A DNA stretch of 64,000 nucleotides from Lama guanicoe. Its lineage: Eukaryota. Each line of letters opens with the position of its first letter. The first letter of the stretch is position 1. This document shows, one piece after another, positions 1 through 13,420 of the stretch. The stretch is taken from positions 10,716,873 through 10,780,872 of the forward strand of contig MU053881.1 of NCBI GenBank assembly GCA_013239625.1, written 5' to 3'. The position numbers were made by a program, and so were the translations under genes. Below the pieces are notes generated by a model. It searched no databases and had not been told where the DNA came from. It worked only from the letters and a program-made list of their open reading frames with translations.

Positions 1-413
1 CCATAAGTGACACAGAAAAAAAATGTTTTAGTACTTTTCTGTTTATTCATTAAATTTCAAAACAATGACTTCCTTTTAACGTGGGAATGTCAAGTGTTGT
101 TTACAAGTAATTTTATAAAATGTAAAATTTTTAAAATAAATTATCCTAAAAGGGGCATTAAAAGGATTATGTAAGTGATATTAAAATCCACAAATAACAA
201 ATTAGGAAAACACTGGCGAATGCTAAGCATTTAAAACTTTAAAGAAATACAAATCACTTTTCCAAGTTTTCAAAAAAAATTATTTTGTGCTCTGTAATCT
301 ATCATACATCAAGAGTTTAATGAAAGCACACTCGTCACTAACTCAATAAAAGATGTCATTTGACCACTCTATCGTACGGGTGAAAATGACCTGATTCCCC
401 ACTTTTCTTTGCA

Positions 414-420
<7 letters not shown>

Positions 421-450
<30 letters not shown>
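421..450. repeat. (GT)15 microsatellite
   Basis: Direct read of the dinucleotide run. Confidence 0.97.
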
Positions 451-453
<3 letters not shown>

Positions 454-590
454 GGTTCCTCAGCTAATATTTCAAGGAAAATGAAACCACTAAGATATTT
501 TATCATTTGAATTTAAAACATTCGACTTCTCTTACTCCAAAACTACCCCGCCACTCCACGTGGAGTGCCAAACCAATTGAAGCACATACT

Positions 591-624
591 ACACACACAC
601 TCACACACACACACACACACACAC
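591..624. repeat. (AC)n microsatellite with one interruption
   Basis: acacacacac-t-cacacaca... read directly. Confidence 0.95.
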
Positions 625-1374
625 TCAAAACACAACTTTGCCCCAACAGTTCACAGTTCTAATTAAAAGCTACATTTTGTTAAGCAAATTAGGAGTTACA
701 ATAAAGTGGAGGGAGCATGTGAAATGAATAATTAACATTGTATAGACTTCAGCATCGTAATTAAGATTAAATGCCGCATATATTCAAACTGGATTAGCAC
801 AGCCATTGAGAGCAGCGATGTGCTCAGTGGGGGAGTATGCTTTTGCTAAATAATGTTTTATGAAGAGTATTCTAAAAACATTAAGCATAAGGTTGTCATA
901 TATAAAATGATTAAAGTTTTATACAAAAGAAGCTGTAATTCCGGTAAATGAAGTAATTTCATTTTCCTGCTGTTTTCACCTTTAGGAACATACTGTAAAT
1001 GGAAAGAAACTCCATGTGACATCTTATTAAATAGAGAATGAATCCCCTTGTTTGAAATTAATAAACTCTCACTACATAAATTTGGGGTAACAGACAGTTC
1101 CAGGTACTTATCCTCACTTATTTCTTTGTTATCTCTTGGAAAGATTCATTTTATTTAACTTCTTATTTATTGCATCCCTCAATCTTGTTAGCCAGTTTTT
1201 TGGGGGGAGGGTCATTACTGAAACTAATCATTCATTTAATTCATCTTTAACTGAAATCTTTCTTGCATTTTGCCATAATTCCTGAAAACTCTTCGAGTTG
1301 GCAATAGATATTAACATTTTCCCTAGTATGTGCATTTCATTCACGCTGACAGCTAGTAGCTTTAACGCTGATTA

Positions 1375-2000
1375 TGAGGCAGGAAGGGGGGTAGGGCACA
1401 GACATTCAAGGAATGCTACAGCAGTTAACATCAAAATGGTTAAAGATTCAACCCCCAGTAGCCTTGAGGCTCAGGATGATGAGAGATTTAGCTACCAGTA
1501 GACCTTGAGCTTCGTTATACACTCATTGTAATATATTAGCATGGTGAATAACACGCCCACAAGCACCATGGCAGTCCCAGGGCTAGCCACAAAAGGTCAA
1601 AGAGTGGGAAATGGCCAACTTCCTGGGAATTCCAGCCCCTGCCCCAGGCTTCTTAGACTGGTCCTTCCACTTACTAGCATATGAAGCCACCAAGCCCAGA
1701 AAACCTAGCTACAAGGTGCCTCGCGGCCCCTCTCTCTCTCAGTTCAGAGCGGGCTGCACTCTGTCTATGGAGTGTGTCTCTACTTTTAATCTGAGCACCC
1801 AACCCCCACACCTCGTGACCTTTCTCTTGCCCTTCAACGTATCTAAATAAATCTACCTTTACTCAACTGGAGCTCGGCTCTTTCTTGAATTCTTTCCTGC
1901 ACGAAGCCAAGGACCCACACTTGGTGGGGCACGTCCCAGTGGCTCAACCAAAGCCTGGGACACGGCCCTCCTGATGCCCCACATCTGTTTTCCTGCATCA
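1375..2000 (+). mobile_element. ERV1-class solo LTR
   Basis: Ends TGAGGCAGGA...TCCTGCATCA form a 10-bp terminal inverted repeat with 1 mismatch. 4-bp TSD atta/gtta. AATAAA near 1847, followed by a U5-like 'gaattctttcctgcacgaagccaaggacc'. Confidence 0.85.
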
Positions 2001-3968
2001 GTTAGACTTGATTCTGAGCTACTTTCATTCACTCTCCTTCTTTGCTTCTTTTCCCTAAAATCTCAACAAATTACAATCTCAAAATGAAACCAAAGTAAAA
2101 AAAGTGATTTACATTCATTTTATTAGTTATACTTCTTTCCTGACTAACCTCTCCACTGTTTTGTTACTGAACTGAAACTGTTTAAAAGTTTTTGAAGTTA
2201 ATCTTATATCTAATTCCATGATGATATTATCATCAAATTAAAAGAACAGTGAAATTAAAACTTTTGAAAAGTATGCTTAAATTTATGTATGTGTATATAT
2301 ATATATAAAATTTTATGCACATAAGTTTATTTTGAAATCAGAAAATCTATACCCTAGATTAGCAAAATCATTGCTCCAAGTAGTCCATTAATGAATAAGT
2401 AACCCAGTGAAAATACTGGTAAAATAGTTAGCACGGATTTTTATATATATATATATATGTAATTTCCAACATACTTTAATTTTAAGATCTCCTTATTTTA
2501 GTAGGCAAAAAAAGGCCCTTCCTAAAATTAAGATTAAAAATAAAAGTTATGCTACTGGGACATATTGATTTAAGATAGGAAAAAGGGGTCTTTTACTTTG
2601 GAGGGGTGCATCTTTTTTCCCGTAGTTACTTAAACCTTATTGCCATGTAAAGTATTTCAAACAGCTCTTGGAGAGACTCAGTTCAGGGGCTGCTTTTTCT
2701 TTTTCCCCCCAGGTCAGTCATTTGTGGAGTCGCGTGGGGAGGAATGGGAAGAAGAAAAAGTTTCCCATGTAGGTAACAGTGTGATCAGATGGGCTGTTTG
2801 TTATTTAAAATAAAGAATCTGAGGTTTTATTCATCTTTTTCAAATGTCTGTTTTATCAAAATCATACTATGAATTTGATTCAGCATATGATGGCTCTTAT
2901 AAACTGAGGGAGGGACTTAAAAAATTATTTACCTTTCTTTTCTGGTTGGTAAATTATTCTCTGGAAATAACATTCACTACCCTAAAAATAAAGCAAACCA
3001 AGAAAAGGAAAAAAACTTAAAATGCCAAAAAGTTGACAATCATCTAATTACATTACAAATGAGCCAAGGGGAAACCTTAAAACACTATATATTAACTATA
3101 TACCAGACGAAAATTTAGAAAATTCAAGTCAATCAAGAATAAATTCAAGATGTATTTTAAAAATCCATCAGTCTTGCTTTTTTTTTTTTAAATTAACTAA
3201 TGCCAGTGCAATCTTGAAAAGAATGGAAAGAAGAGGTAACACCACCAACACAAAATTAAGCTAATCAGATTCGAAGAGGGGGAAAAAAATGCAGTTACCA
3301 TCTTTGCCTATCCAATAGATTATTTTTAAAAATTGCATTAGTCATCACTTTTGGTAGGAAAAAAAATCATCTCATGGATTCAAGCTTTAAGATCAACCTT
3401 AGATAGTATTACAGTAACTATAAATTACATTTATAGCAATATAATTGTAGGTCCTCCAAGTAGGTAACACTACTAGCCTATCAATTATAGTGCCATAGAC
3501 ATTGTTTATAGAGGCATAAATATTGATATTAATGTAATCAAGAATCAATAGTGGTTATTCAAAGTGTCATGAAAAATATAACTTACTTAGTTGAAATGTT
3601 TAACTTTAAACCTTGTGGAATATATATTACCATGTAAGGAAACTCTGTATGTCAAGTCTAATCGAATTTAAATACTGATTTAAAATGAGAAGAAAAATAC
3701 CTGTATTCACTCGGCATTCTGGTCATGGTAAATGTTCGTTTTATAAAATGTTCTTCTTGAAAAATGGTATTTTGTATTTAAAAAAAAAAAAACAACAGTT
3801 GGTATACATGACAGTGATTTTCAAATTAGTGTGAATGAGTCTCATGTAGCAATCCAACCCAAGCACAGTATATTCCATTTTACTCCCAGGAAAAAGTAAC
3901 TTGAGAACAGAAGTAAAAATCTTGCTGGGGTTCCTACGGCACGAGTCTGCTGAGTTCTCCTTCACTAG

Positions 3969-4570
3969 TGTAGGCAGAATTTTAGCACCACCAAATTCCT
4001 GCCCCTGTAAGTCCCCTCCCCTTGAGTATAAGTGGGCTTTGCTTAATCAGATGAGCCCTTTTCTAAAAGCAGATCTAAAGGTCAAAGAAGGGAGAAGTCA
4101 GAGTTCCTAGGCTGCAGAAGATGCTCTCACGTTGGCCCAAAGAAACAAAGCACCATGTTTTGGGGAGGCTCATGCGATATGCTGCCTCTAGGACTTGAAA
4201 ATGACCAGCAGCGAGTATAGGCCCTCACCTACCAGCCTGTGGGCGGAATTACTGCTATCAGCGCATCATTTGAGACTATTCTAATCTAATAACGTTGACC
4301 TCTTGTAGCTTAGAAGAGACTCCCTTTCTACCATCCCCAACCACATAACTCACTGGTACAACTGGATTCAAAGGGACACTGAGCCTCAGATGAAAATGTA
4401 GTCCAATCAGCACCACGACTGAAGCCTGATGAAACCCTGAATAAGATCCAGTTCATCCACACTCAGACTTCTGACCTACCGAACCGTGGGATAATAATTG
4501 GATGTTCTTTTAAGTCCCTATGTCTGTGATAATTTCCTACATAGGGATACAAGGAAAAAAACTAATATAC
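3969..4570 (+). mobile_element. MaLR LTR (MLT1F/G-like)
   Basis: Starts tgtaggcagaatt. Ends with the MLT1 3' signature 'gacttctgacctac..gaaccgtgggataataattggatgttcttttaagtc...aactaatatac'. Confidence 0.75.
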
Positions 4571-5424
4571 CTGCTTTAACCATTTTGTTAAAAAACCTAT
4601 GTACTTCTTCTGCTTATCTGCTCTAGCATCAAAGCAAGGGAAAACTTAAGAATATAAAAACACTGTGTTTTCCCTGATCCTCCAAACTGGTTTCAACTCA
4701 TAAGGAACTTCTAAGACCCCAGGCCTCAAGTTTCAAATGCGGGTGTGCATGGTGACTGTACTATCAGGAAGAAGGGATCTGTAAGCACCTAGGTAAGGCC
4801 CACGTGCATCAACTTCATTTGCATATATACACATAGCCACTTACCTTTGAAAAGGGCAAGCTGTTTGAATCAGAGTGTAAAACCTATGAAAACTTTAAAT
4901 TCAAGTCTAAATGGTAAAAATGAGTCAGATGTGTGTCACCATGCTAAGAGGGGACAGAATCACTGAATTGCTTTACAACTCAAACAGAATTGCCCATCTC
5001 AAATTCTCCATTTTATAAGAAAACAGGTCTATGAGAGTGGAAGTATAGCCCCCCAGTGTCACCCAAATACCAACAGGATCTAGAAGTATCATAATTTCGA
5101 GGAAAGAAGGGAGACTTAAACATATTATCTGTCATAGGCCATGTACAGACTACAAGTTTTTACTACTTGACATCATGTAATTATCTGCCACACTTCTAGA
5201 GTGAATTAGAAAGAGGCAGTAACAAGAGCCTGAAAGCCAGGAAGTAGAAAGCTGTGTGACCCAAGCACCTGTTAATATAGAAGGGAGTGGTATGGAAAGC
5301 GAAACACTGGGGAGAGCATGCCTACTCAGATGGTACCCAAAACAGCAACTAAAAAAAAAAAATCTGATGACCAATTGAAACACAAATTGCTCCCATGGAC
5401 TTGTCAGGAAAGAAAAAAAAAAAT

Positions 5425-5582
5425 AAGTGGTTAGGAACACAGGCTTTGTAATTTGTGTTCTGGGACCCTTGTTAGTAAATTACCTACCCTCTTTAAGCCT
5501 TATTTTTCTTAACTTTAAAATGGAATAAAATACTGTCTATTCTAAAATTATCATAAGGGTTAAATCAGATAATACATATGAA
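5425..5582 (+). mobile_element. MIR SINE fragment
   Basis: gtggttaggaacacaggcttt...aagccttatttttcttaactttaaaatggaataaaat...gttaaatcagataatacatatgaa resembles the MIR core. Confidence 0.65.
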
Positions 5583-6626
5583 TATAAATAAATAAATAAA
5601 TAAATAAGAGACACATGTATAATTTTTTTATAAATTAGGAAGGCCTCATTGATTTCTGGCTTTTTCCCCTTTATAAAATATATTAGTATTTTAGAATTAA
5701 GTATCATATCATACGGAGCAAAATTCAAAAGATACAAGTGGTGTCCAGTGAGAAGCAAATCTTCACATGCGTGTTCCTTAACCAATCAATTCCCCTCTTT
5801 GAAGGCAATCTTTGTTACCAGTTTATTGTGTATCTTTACATCCATGATCTTCTCTAGATTCTTTTGATTACAGTCGGAGGGGCGTAAAAAGGGGTGGAGA
5901 GAAATTTTGAAACCACTTGGATGCAGTTTTTCTCAGGGCAACATCGGTGGGTGCCTAACTACCCTCTCGATCATACTACTGATCTGCTAACAATTCCAGA
6001 AGTAGTATTAGATAGAAAAGGTATTTTAAAATTAGTGTTTGAAGGGATGCTGTTTGTGTACCTACTGATGCCACAGTTTCTCGCCTCAGTGCCCCAGAGG
6101 ACACTGGTAAGTTAGAACGGAGGACACTGAAAACGTTCCGTTGTGTGTATCAACAAGGGTACCTTTCACCCAGGTACTATTTTTTCAGGTTATATATATT
6201 TTTTCTAGGAAAAAACTCAGTGAGCCTTGGAAATGTTCATAGCAGTTTCAGATTTTTAAATAAACTAACTTTTTTCAGACAGAAGACTTATTTTACTGTG
6301 TTTGTGGTATCAGGCTATTATCTAAGCACTAACATACCCAGGGACTTAGAAGTTATCTCCCCTTCTCAATGCTTTGTTCTAGAGCTGTGTCTAGAAGTAA
6401 CTTTCTATAGGGCTGAAACGTTTCGTACTCTCAGGACATTTTGAATCAAGTTAACTTACAATGAAGAATTTTGCTTAATCATACTAAATAGAATTCAATT
6501 ATTAACCATTTGAAAATGCCATGAGACTTCAGAGAAGAATTTTCTACTGATTCAACAGAATGATTTCCCAAACACTCCAGGGCTTGGTGCATGTGTCTGC
6601 TGCTGTTGCACACTCTGTGGTGCCAC

Positions 6627-7009
6627 TGTAAAAAAGTAACAAACAGAAACCTCCATTAGAGTCGGGAGGCCAGAAGCAGGGAGCTGTCACCCGCTATGAC
6701 CGTGGCTGAACGCAAAAGCAAGAAAGACTCCTTGCCTGGCAACAGTTCATCCAATGAGAGACTGTCACAATGCAGCCAATGAAATGCCACCACACACTCT
6801 GAAGTTTGAATTCCCTCAATGGACTTTTTCTTTTCTCCTATAGCCTTCCCAACTTCCTTTTACCCTCTTAAAAAGAGTTCTCTTCTTACTGTGAAAGCAT
6901 TTGCATGTGGCTTCCCATGGTCGTAGACTCCCAAAAGCAATTTTTTACTGATCCTGAATAAGCCCATGTTCCCTGGAAAAATAACTAGCAGTCTTATTTA
7001 AGGTCAAAA
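6627..7009 (+). mobile_element. ERV1-class solo LTR
   Basis: Starts TGTAAA and ends aggtcaaaa (degenerate ...caaca). TSD ccac/ccat. CCAAT repeats at ~6751 and ~6776, and a poly(A)-signal-like aataag at ~6957. Confidence 0.75.
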
Positions 7010-8224
7010 CCATCTAGCTGAGGGAATTGCTATAAAAATTCTTTTTGTTTGGAACAGAGAATTTGATGTCATCTCTATAGCTCATTGTTGCAATTTAGGC
7101 AACTTCCTTTAACATGTGTTGGAACGAGTCCTAATTGCTACTAAAATGACTTCTCTCCCACAATTTTAATGACTAAATAATTGATACGTTGGTGGACAGT
7201 GAATGCACATGATTTTAAAACATTAAATATGAAAGGACATTCTAATCACCCTTGAACAAGATTTTTTTTAAAAACATATTTTCCAATATAGTAAGTGTTA
7301 AAAAGTGCAGGGAAGTTAAACACCAGTTAATAATGATCAGATAATTGATGCTAGTTTCATAGTTAGGGTTAAGTACTCTAGCAAAAGCACTTGTTCACCT
7401 TGGAGATTATGTTTCATTTCCAACATAATCCTCAAATTAAAAAGATATACATGTTGGCATCAGCCCTGTTTCTAACGCACAGTAACTCCCATTGTCCTCA
7501 AGGGTCCCCTTGGGTCATTTTGCTATGAAGCAGTTATTTTTTTCCCCCACATCTGTAACCTGAAAATTGCATAGCTGGAAATCAGTAAACAGCCCTGCAT
7601 ATTTAGTATGCTTAATTACAGGTTCAAAAATTATAAGGCAGTGGGGTCAAGATTATCCCAGAACCAATCATCAAATTGAAAAAACGGAGGACTTTATTAC
7701 TTTGAAATAATCCATAATCTTGTTTAGGCATCTCATGTATATATAAATACAGAAATGGATCAAAATATAGAACTCTTACACGAGGCCAGGGTTCAGAAAA
7801 TAAGAAAGTGGCAAGCTCTTTTGCAAAGATTGGTAGTTGGGGGCCTTGTTAATGCTCCCTTTAGGAATCTTCAGGGAGGTTTCACCTTCAGATTAACGTG
7901 AATACCCAGTGGTATCCAGGCTGTCAGGAAAGGTTGTGGAAAGACTCTTTTAATAAAGCATTCAAGAAGGTTATTAGCATAAGCCGTCTTCCTTCAGCTA
8001 TTAAAAATGGTATTGTTGCCGAAAGCCAAAGCAGTAAGCAATTAAAGCCTGAACCCTAAATTTCCTTTGCTCTTATTATTCCACAAACAAGGAAAAAACT
8101 GCTGTCTCCAATTCTTGCTTCTGGTGTCCTATAAGAGGGCTCTAGATCTACACATTTGCAACTGTACACCCAGAATACACACTGGGATTTGTGACAAGGA
8201 CCTCAACAGTGGGAGGACTGTGGA

Positions 8225-8590
8225 TTCTGTGTTTGCTAGCGCTGCCATCGCAAAGCATTACAGCTTGGGTGGCTTCAACAAGAGGAATGTATGTTCTCAC
8301 AATTCTGGGAGCTGGAAGTGCAAGTCAGTTTCTTTGGAGGCGTTTTTTCCTTGGCTTGTAGGTGGCCATCTTCTCCGTCTGTCTTCACATGGTCCTGTGT
8401 GTGTGCATGTGTGTCTCTGTCCTAATCGTCTAAGGACACTGGTCACACTGGATTCGGCTCTAACATCCTGCCTTCATTCTAACTGAACCAGTTCTTTAAA
8501 GGTCCTGTCTCTAACACAGCCACATTCTGAGCTACTGGTGGTTGGGACATCAACACTGAATTCTGAGAGAACTCAGTTCAGCCCATAACA
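8225..8590 (-). mobile_element. MaLR LTR (MLT1A/B-like)
   Basis: gctgccatcgcaaagcattacagcttgggtggcttcaacaagagg...ctcacaattctgggagctggaagt...cagttcagcccataaca matches the reverse-complement MLT1 pattern. Confidence 0.8.
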
Positions 8591-10292
8591 GCACGTAAGG
8601 GAAGCAACTCCAGAAGCGCTCATGCTACAACACTCCATCTCCGCTATCATAATGGAGGGAGGACAAAGCTACTTTGACACACATTTTATTCAGCAGTAAA
8701 TCATCTTGAAGTTTTCAGTGAGGATGTTTCATGCTGCCCAGAATGAAATCAGTCTCTGTTTTGTATAGACAAAGGCTCTGAGGGGATCGAGTTAATTGGC
8801 AACTTGTAGAAAAAAAAAATGCAGTTTCTATATGCCAGGTACATTAAGGATATATGGTAATTGATGGGCAAAAGACTTATAGATCTGAAATTCTAGAAAC
8901 TTTGAGAATATTAATTACACTGTACAAATATTGTGTAGAAAAGATAAGTACCTGTCCCTACTCTTTCTAAATACCCAAGCTTATTATAGTGGAATACCTT
9001 GTTTTATATGCGCCTAGTTAATGATCAACTTGCTATTTGTGTTACAAAAGATAAATGAAGTTAAATCATATTTAGATGATTTAATAGATAATTATATATT
9101 TTTAAATTATTAATGCAAACATAATACCAGGAAAATGTAAATAATTAATGACATACTTATAAATAATTTCTATTAGTGAAATATATTAAGAAAATGATTT
9201 GTCCTTACCAGCGGGCTCTTAAATAATTAACAATAACTATAACTGACATCTCTGAGTCACCTCAGAACCCTCACATTTAACCCTGTTTATAATATGAACT
9301 GCATTTTTAAATGGAAAATAAAGTGTACCTATGTATAATCTTTACTTACTTCCGATCATTTAAAAAACATTTTTTAAATGGTAGGAAAGTAAATACCATT
9401 CCTATTGTGTTTAACATTCACAAAGATAGGGCAATTTTTCTTTTAAATTTTAAATCTGAAAGAAGTTAAAGTATGAGTGTTCATTGAAACGTAAGTTAAT
9501 TGTATAGTTCTGATCCATAGTGTGCTCAAACTATATGTTCCCTATCTCTATACGATGTGTTAAAGAAAAAATGTTTCTGGAACAACTTGATAAAACTGCT
9601 TTTCCAGCAATATGCTTCCAACAGCCCCCAAAACTTGTCCAGGAATGCGCATAGCCTTTTTGGTTAGGTTACCAACAGTTCACAGTACACAAGCAGGGAT
9701 TTTTCCCAGGGGTGGGTGAGTAGCAGTTATTTGCAACAAAAGAGCACTTAGTTTGTAACGGGCTCCTCTAGAACAATGACCGCTTGAGGAGTCAGGGATC
9801 CTCAGGAGTGGCAAAGGCCAGCTACCATCCACGCCCATCCTCAAACGGGGAAGTCTCTAACGTCATGCTGGGGCGCGCGTGTGTCTCGTTTCTGTTCTAA
9901 TTCATGATTTTTAATCTTTGTTCATATCCGTTATAAGCTGACTTATTAATTTTGCCCTTTCTTATTTTCTTTCAGCTGATAATCATTATTCCAAAGGTTT
10001 TTGTTTTTGTTTTTGTTTTGTTTCTGGCAGGCTGAGTATGGGAGGAGTCAGCACTCTATACGCTGTCCTTTTATGAGTAACAGTAGACTGATCGTATTTT
10101 AGTTATTAGATTTGTTTCTCCTTTTCACATTGTTATACTAACAGCTGGAAGCCTTTGCTGTTGTGTTATTCATACCTTTGTTTTTAGTCTCTTTTAGATC
10201 TTACTTTATTACACATTTAGGTAGCAATCTATCTATCTCTGAGGAGAAAGATGGAGACAGGAGATTAACAAAAGGCAGAACCTTTGTTATAC

Positions 10293-10660
10293 TAGCAGCC
10301 CTCAAAGATACTGCAAGTTCAGTTCTAGACCACTGAAAATAAAATAAGCTAGACCAGTTTTTGTTTGTTTGTTTGTTTCTCAGTACATGTAAAAGTCATT
10401 TACACGATAGTCTATTAAGTATACAATAGCATTGTATCTACAAAAATGCACATACCTTAATTTAAAAATTTTTAATGGCTAAAAAGTGCTAACCATCATC
10501 TGAGCCTTCAGCAAGTCATACTCTTTGTTGGTGGAGGGTCTTCCCTTGATGTTGATGGCTGCTGACCGATGAAAGAGGTGGCTGCTGAAGGCTGGGGTGG
10601 CTGGGGCTGTTTCTTAAAATAAGATGAACACTGAAGTTTGCTGCACTGATGGACTATTCC
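10293..10660 (-). mobile_element. Tigger1 DNA transposon terminal fragment (TcMar-Tigger)
   Basis: gttcagttctagaccac...atagtctattaagtatacaatagcatt...cataccttaatttaaaaa...catctgagccttcagcaagtc...ggtggagggtcttcccttgatgttgatggctgctgac is collinear with the recalled Tigger1 end. Confidence 0.85.
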
Positions 10661-13420
10661 AGATTACTCCAGAAGTACAATATTGGTTCAACAATATGAA
10701 ATCTATTAATATTGATCAGTTGTTGAAAACAAGACAAGAAGCCCAAAATGGAAATCATCTGTGTTAAGCCCCATGTTACCACTCTGAGACTTTATTCTAA
10801 GCTTCACCTCTACCAGAAGTGGCATCTTACACCAGTCAATCAGGAATTGCCTAATCAGCACTAATTAGGTAATCTGCCCAAAAGAGCCCTTCCATGCCCT
10901 GAAGCAAGTAACTTTTCATTAACCAACCTTTTTTGGCCTGGTATAGCTTCCTTGTTCCCACTCCCTTCTGCCTATAAAACTTTCATTTTGCACAGCTACT
11001 CAGAGCTCCTTTCTATCTGCAAGATAAAATGCTGCCTGATTTGAATCAATTTTTACTCAGGTTTATCTCTTAACACAGTACATGTTAATATATATTAATC
11101 CATTAAGATATTTTAAAATCACAATTATCTCAACAGATGCAAAAAGCCATTGAGAAAACTTACTCATTCCGGATTTAAAGAACACTACCAAAAATACAAA
11201 TTGATGAATATGTTGACATATTATAGTGTTAATTTTTAGACCTGAAGCCAGTTATTTTACTTTATCCGGAACCAGTAGAACATCTCCACTAAGATCAGGA
11301 AAGAGGCAGAAGTGTCCATTACCTCCATATTTGAGAACTTCCATGGAGGCATAATAAAACTGATAATAAAGAAAATTCTATTTGCTGATATATGATTGTA
11401 TACCTGGAAAAACCTAAATAATCAATGATAGTTATAAAACCAGCTCAATTAAAAATGCATTTTAGTAGCAGAATACAAAATCAGCATACAAAAAAAAATC
11501 AGTAATTTTCATTTACACAAACAATAACCAGTTAGATGGTACAGGAAACTCTACTTTCAAAAGAAAAATTAAAATATATAGTCAGGAATAAGGAATTCAA
11601 CAAGAAATATGCAAAACCTACTGAAGGAAAATTTTAGGAATAAACCTGAACAATTTTACACAATCTCAAGAAAATGCCAAAAAGCATTTTTATGGAGTAA
11701 AATTAAATCAAAGTTCAATATGTAAGCACAAACATGCAGAAACAACCAGGAAAATACTGAAGAAAACTACATTAGAGGACTAACTCTACCAGTTAGTAAT
11801 ACATACTATAAAGCATCTAAAATTAGAACAATGTAATACTGGTGCACTGCCAAAGAGATGGGTGGAAACTGAAAATAAAATCCAGAAATAGATCTAACTA
11901 TATACACAAATTTCCTATGTAATAAAGGTGGGATCTCAAATTACTGGAGCAAAGATAAACTTAATTTAAGTATTGCTGGGACAACTGAGTAGCCACTTCA
12001 AAAACAATAAAATTAGACACACACACTGCACATCATATATAGAAACCAATTCTAAATGAATCAGGGGCCTGCATGTAAAAAATATAAAATATTATTTTAA
12101 AAAAAAGTAAATTATGAAATTACTCAGGTGAATTCTCCTTTAATCTCATTATAGGAAATGGCATTCTAATTATGACCATAAAATTCAGGGACAAAAAATA
12201 CTGATTAAGTTGACTACATAAAAGTTACTATTTTTACAACTGCAAGAGAACCATGAAAAATTCAAAAGACAGCAAACAACATGGGAGACCATATTCGTCA
12301 CATTTATCTCAGGCAAAAGGTTGGTAGGATCCCTAATATACATAGAATTCTTAAAATTTGAGAGAAAGGAAACCCAAACCCCACGAGACCAATGAGAAAA
12401 AGTTATCAAATGACAAAGATGTTACAAACTGGTCCCTAGACTTAAGAAACCAATGTTCAAATCCACTGATAGAGGAATGCATACTTAGATACTGTTTCTC
12501 AGCTCTCAGAGTGGTAATTTTCTTTTTTTTATTTGAAAGCAAATTCTGTGAGGATAACTGTGTACAATCAGGCCTTCTCTTATATTGCCAGTGAAAAAGC
12601 AGAATATAATATTCTTTTGGTAGCAGAACATCACAGTAACTAATAAAATTACATTTGCACTTCCTTTTTGACCCAGCAATCCAGGAATTTATCCTGGTGA
12701 TACATTCTCAGTAATGTGAAACTATATATGCACAAGGTTATTCATTGGGGCCTTATTTGTAATTGCAAAATATGAAGACCTCCCAAATGGCCCTGAATGG
12801 GAAAGTAGTTTAATTAGAAATGGTGCATCTACAAAATAGAGTCAATACAGCAACAACAACAAAAAAATGAGGAAGACCTTAATGAACAGATATGATTCAC
12901 AGGATATATTTAAAGTAAAAGATAAAAAAAAATAACGCACAGATTAGAAACTTTTGTTTGATGGAAAGAAATAAAATATATATGCCTCTGATAATCTGCA
13001 GAAAAGAAACTTAAATTTGAACCAAAAACTAATAAAGCTAAACCAAAGCTACAGAGGATGGGTGGGAATGAGGGCAGGGATAGAGAAACGGGAATTGGGT
13101 ATAAGGGACAATGAGGAGGAAGTGACACTTTGAATATGCCTTTCCATGTAGTTCCGATACTTAGTACTATGATGAGATTTTACATATTCCAACAATGCAT
13201 AAAAGTTAAAATCAAATAGGATGTGAGGGAGATCCAAACTTCAATATAAAAATAACGAATGAGCCTACCTGTACTGCAAATTTAAAACATAGCTATTCTT
13301 GGGGACTTGGAGGCAGGGGTCAGGGAACTAACCTAAGTGGAAAACAGTAAGTTGACTCTATGTAGAAAGTCCAAAGACAAAGAACTAAACACAGATATTA
13401 CAACTAAATACAGGTATTAT
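10660..13420 (+). mobile_element. Old, highly decayed L1 (L1M-type; ORF2 RT region to 3' UTR) interrupted by an LTR
   Basis: L1 ORF2 landmarks: attatctcaacagatgcaaaaagcc (IISTDAKK), tttgctgatatatgattgtatacctggaaaaacct (FADD/YLENP region), aaaatcagcatacaaaaa, tccagaaatagat, tttgacccagcaatcc. Many indels. Confidence 0.8.
10721..11075 (+). mobile_element. ERV1-class solo LTR inserted in L1
   Basis: TGTTGAA...TTAACA termini, perfect 4-bp TSD CAGT/CAGT, TATA-like ctataaaa at ~10972. L1 sequence resumes on both sides. Confidence 0.85.
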
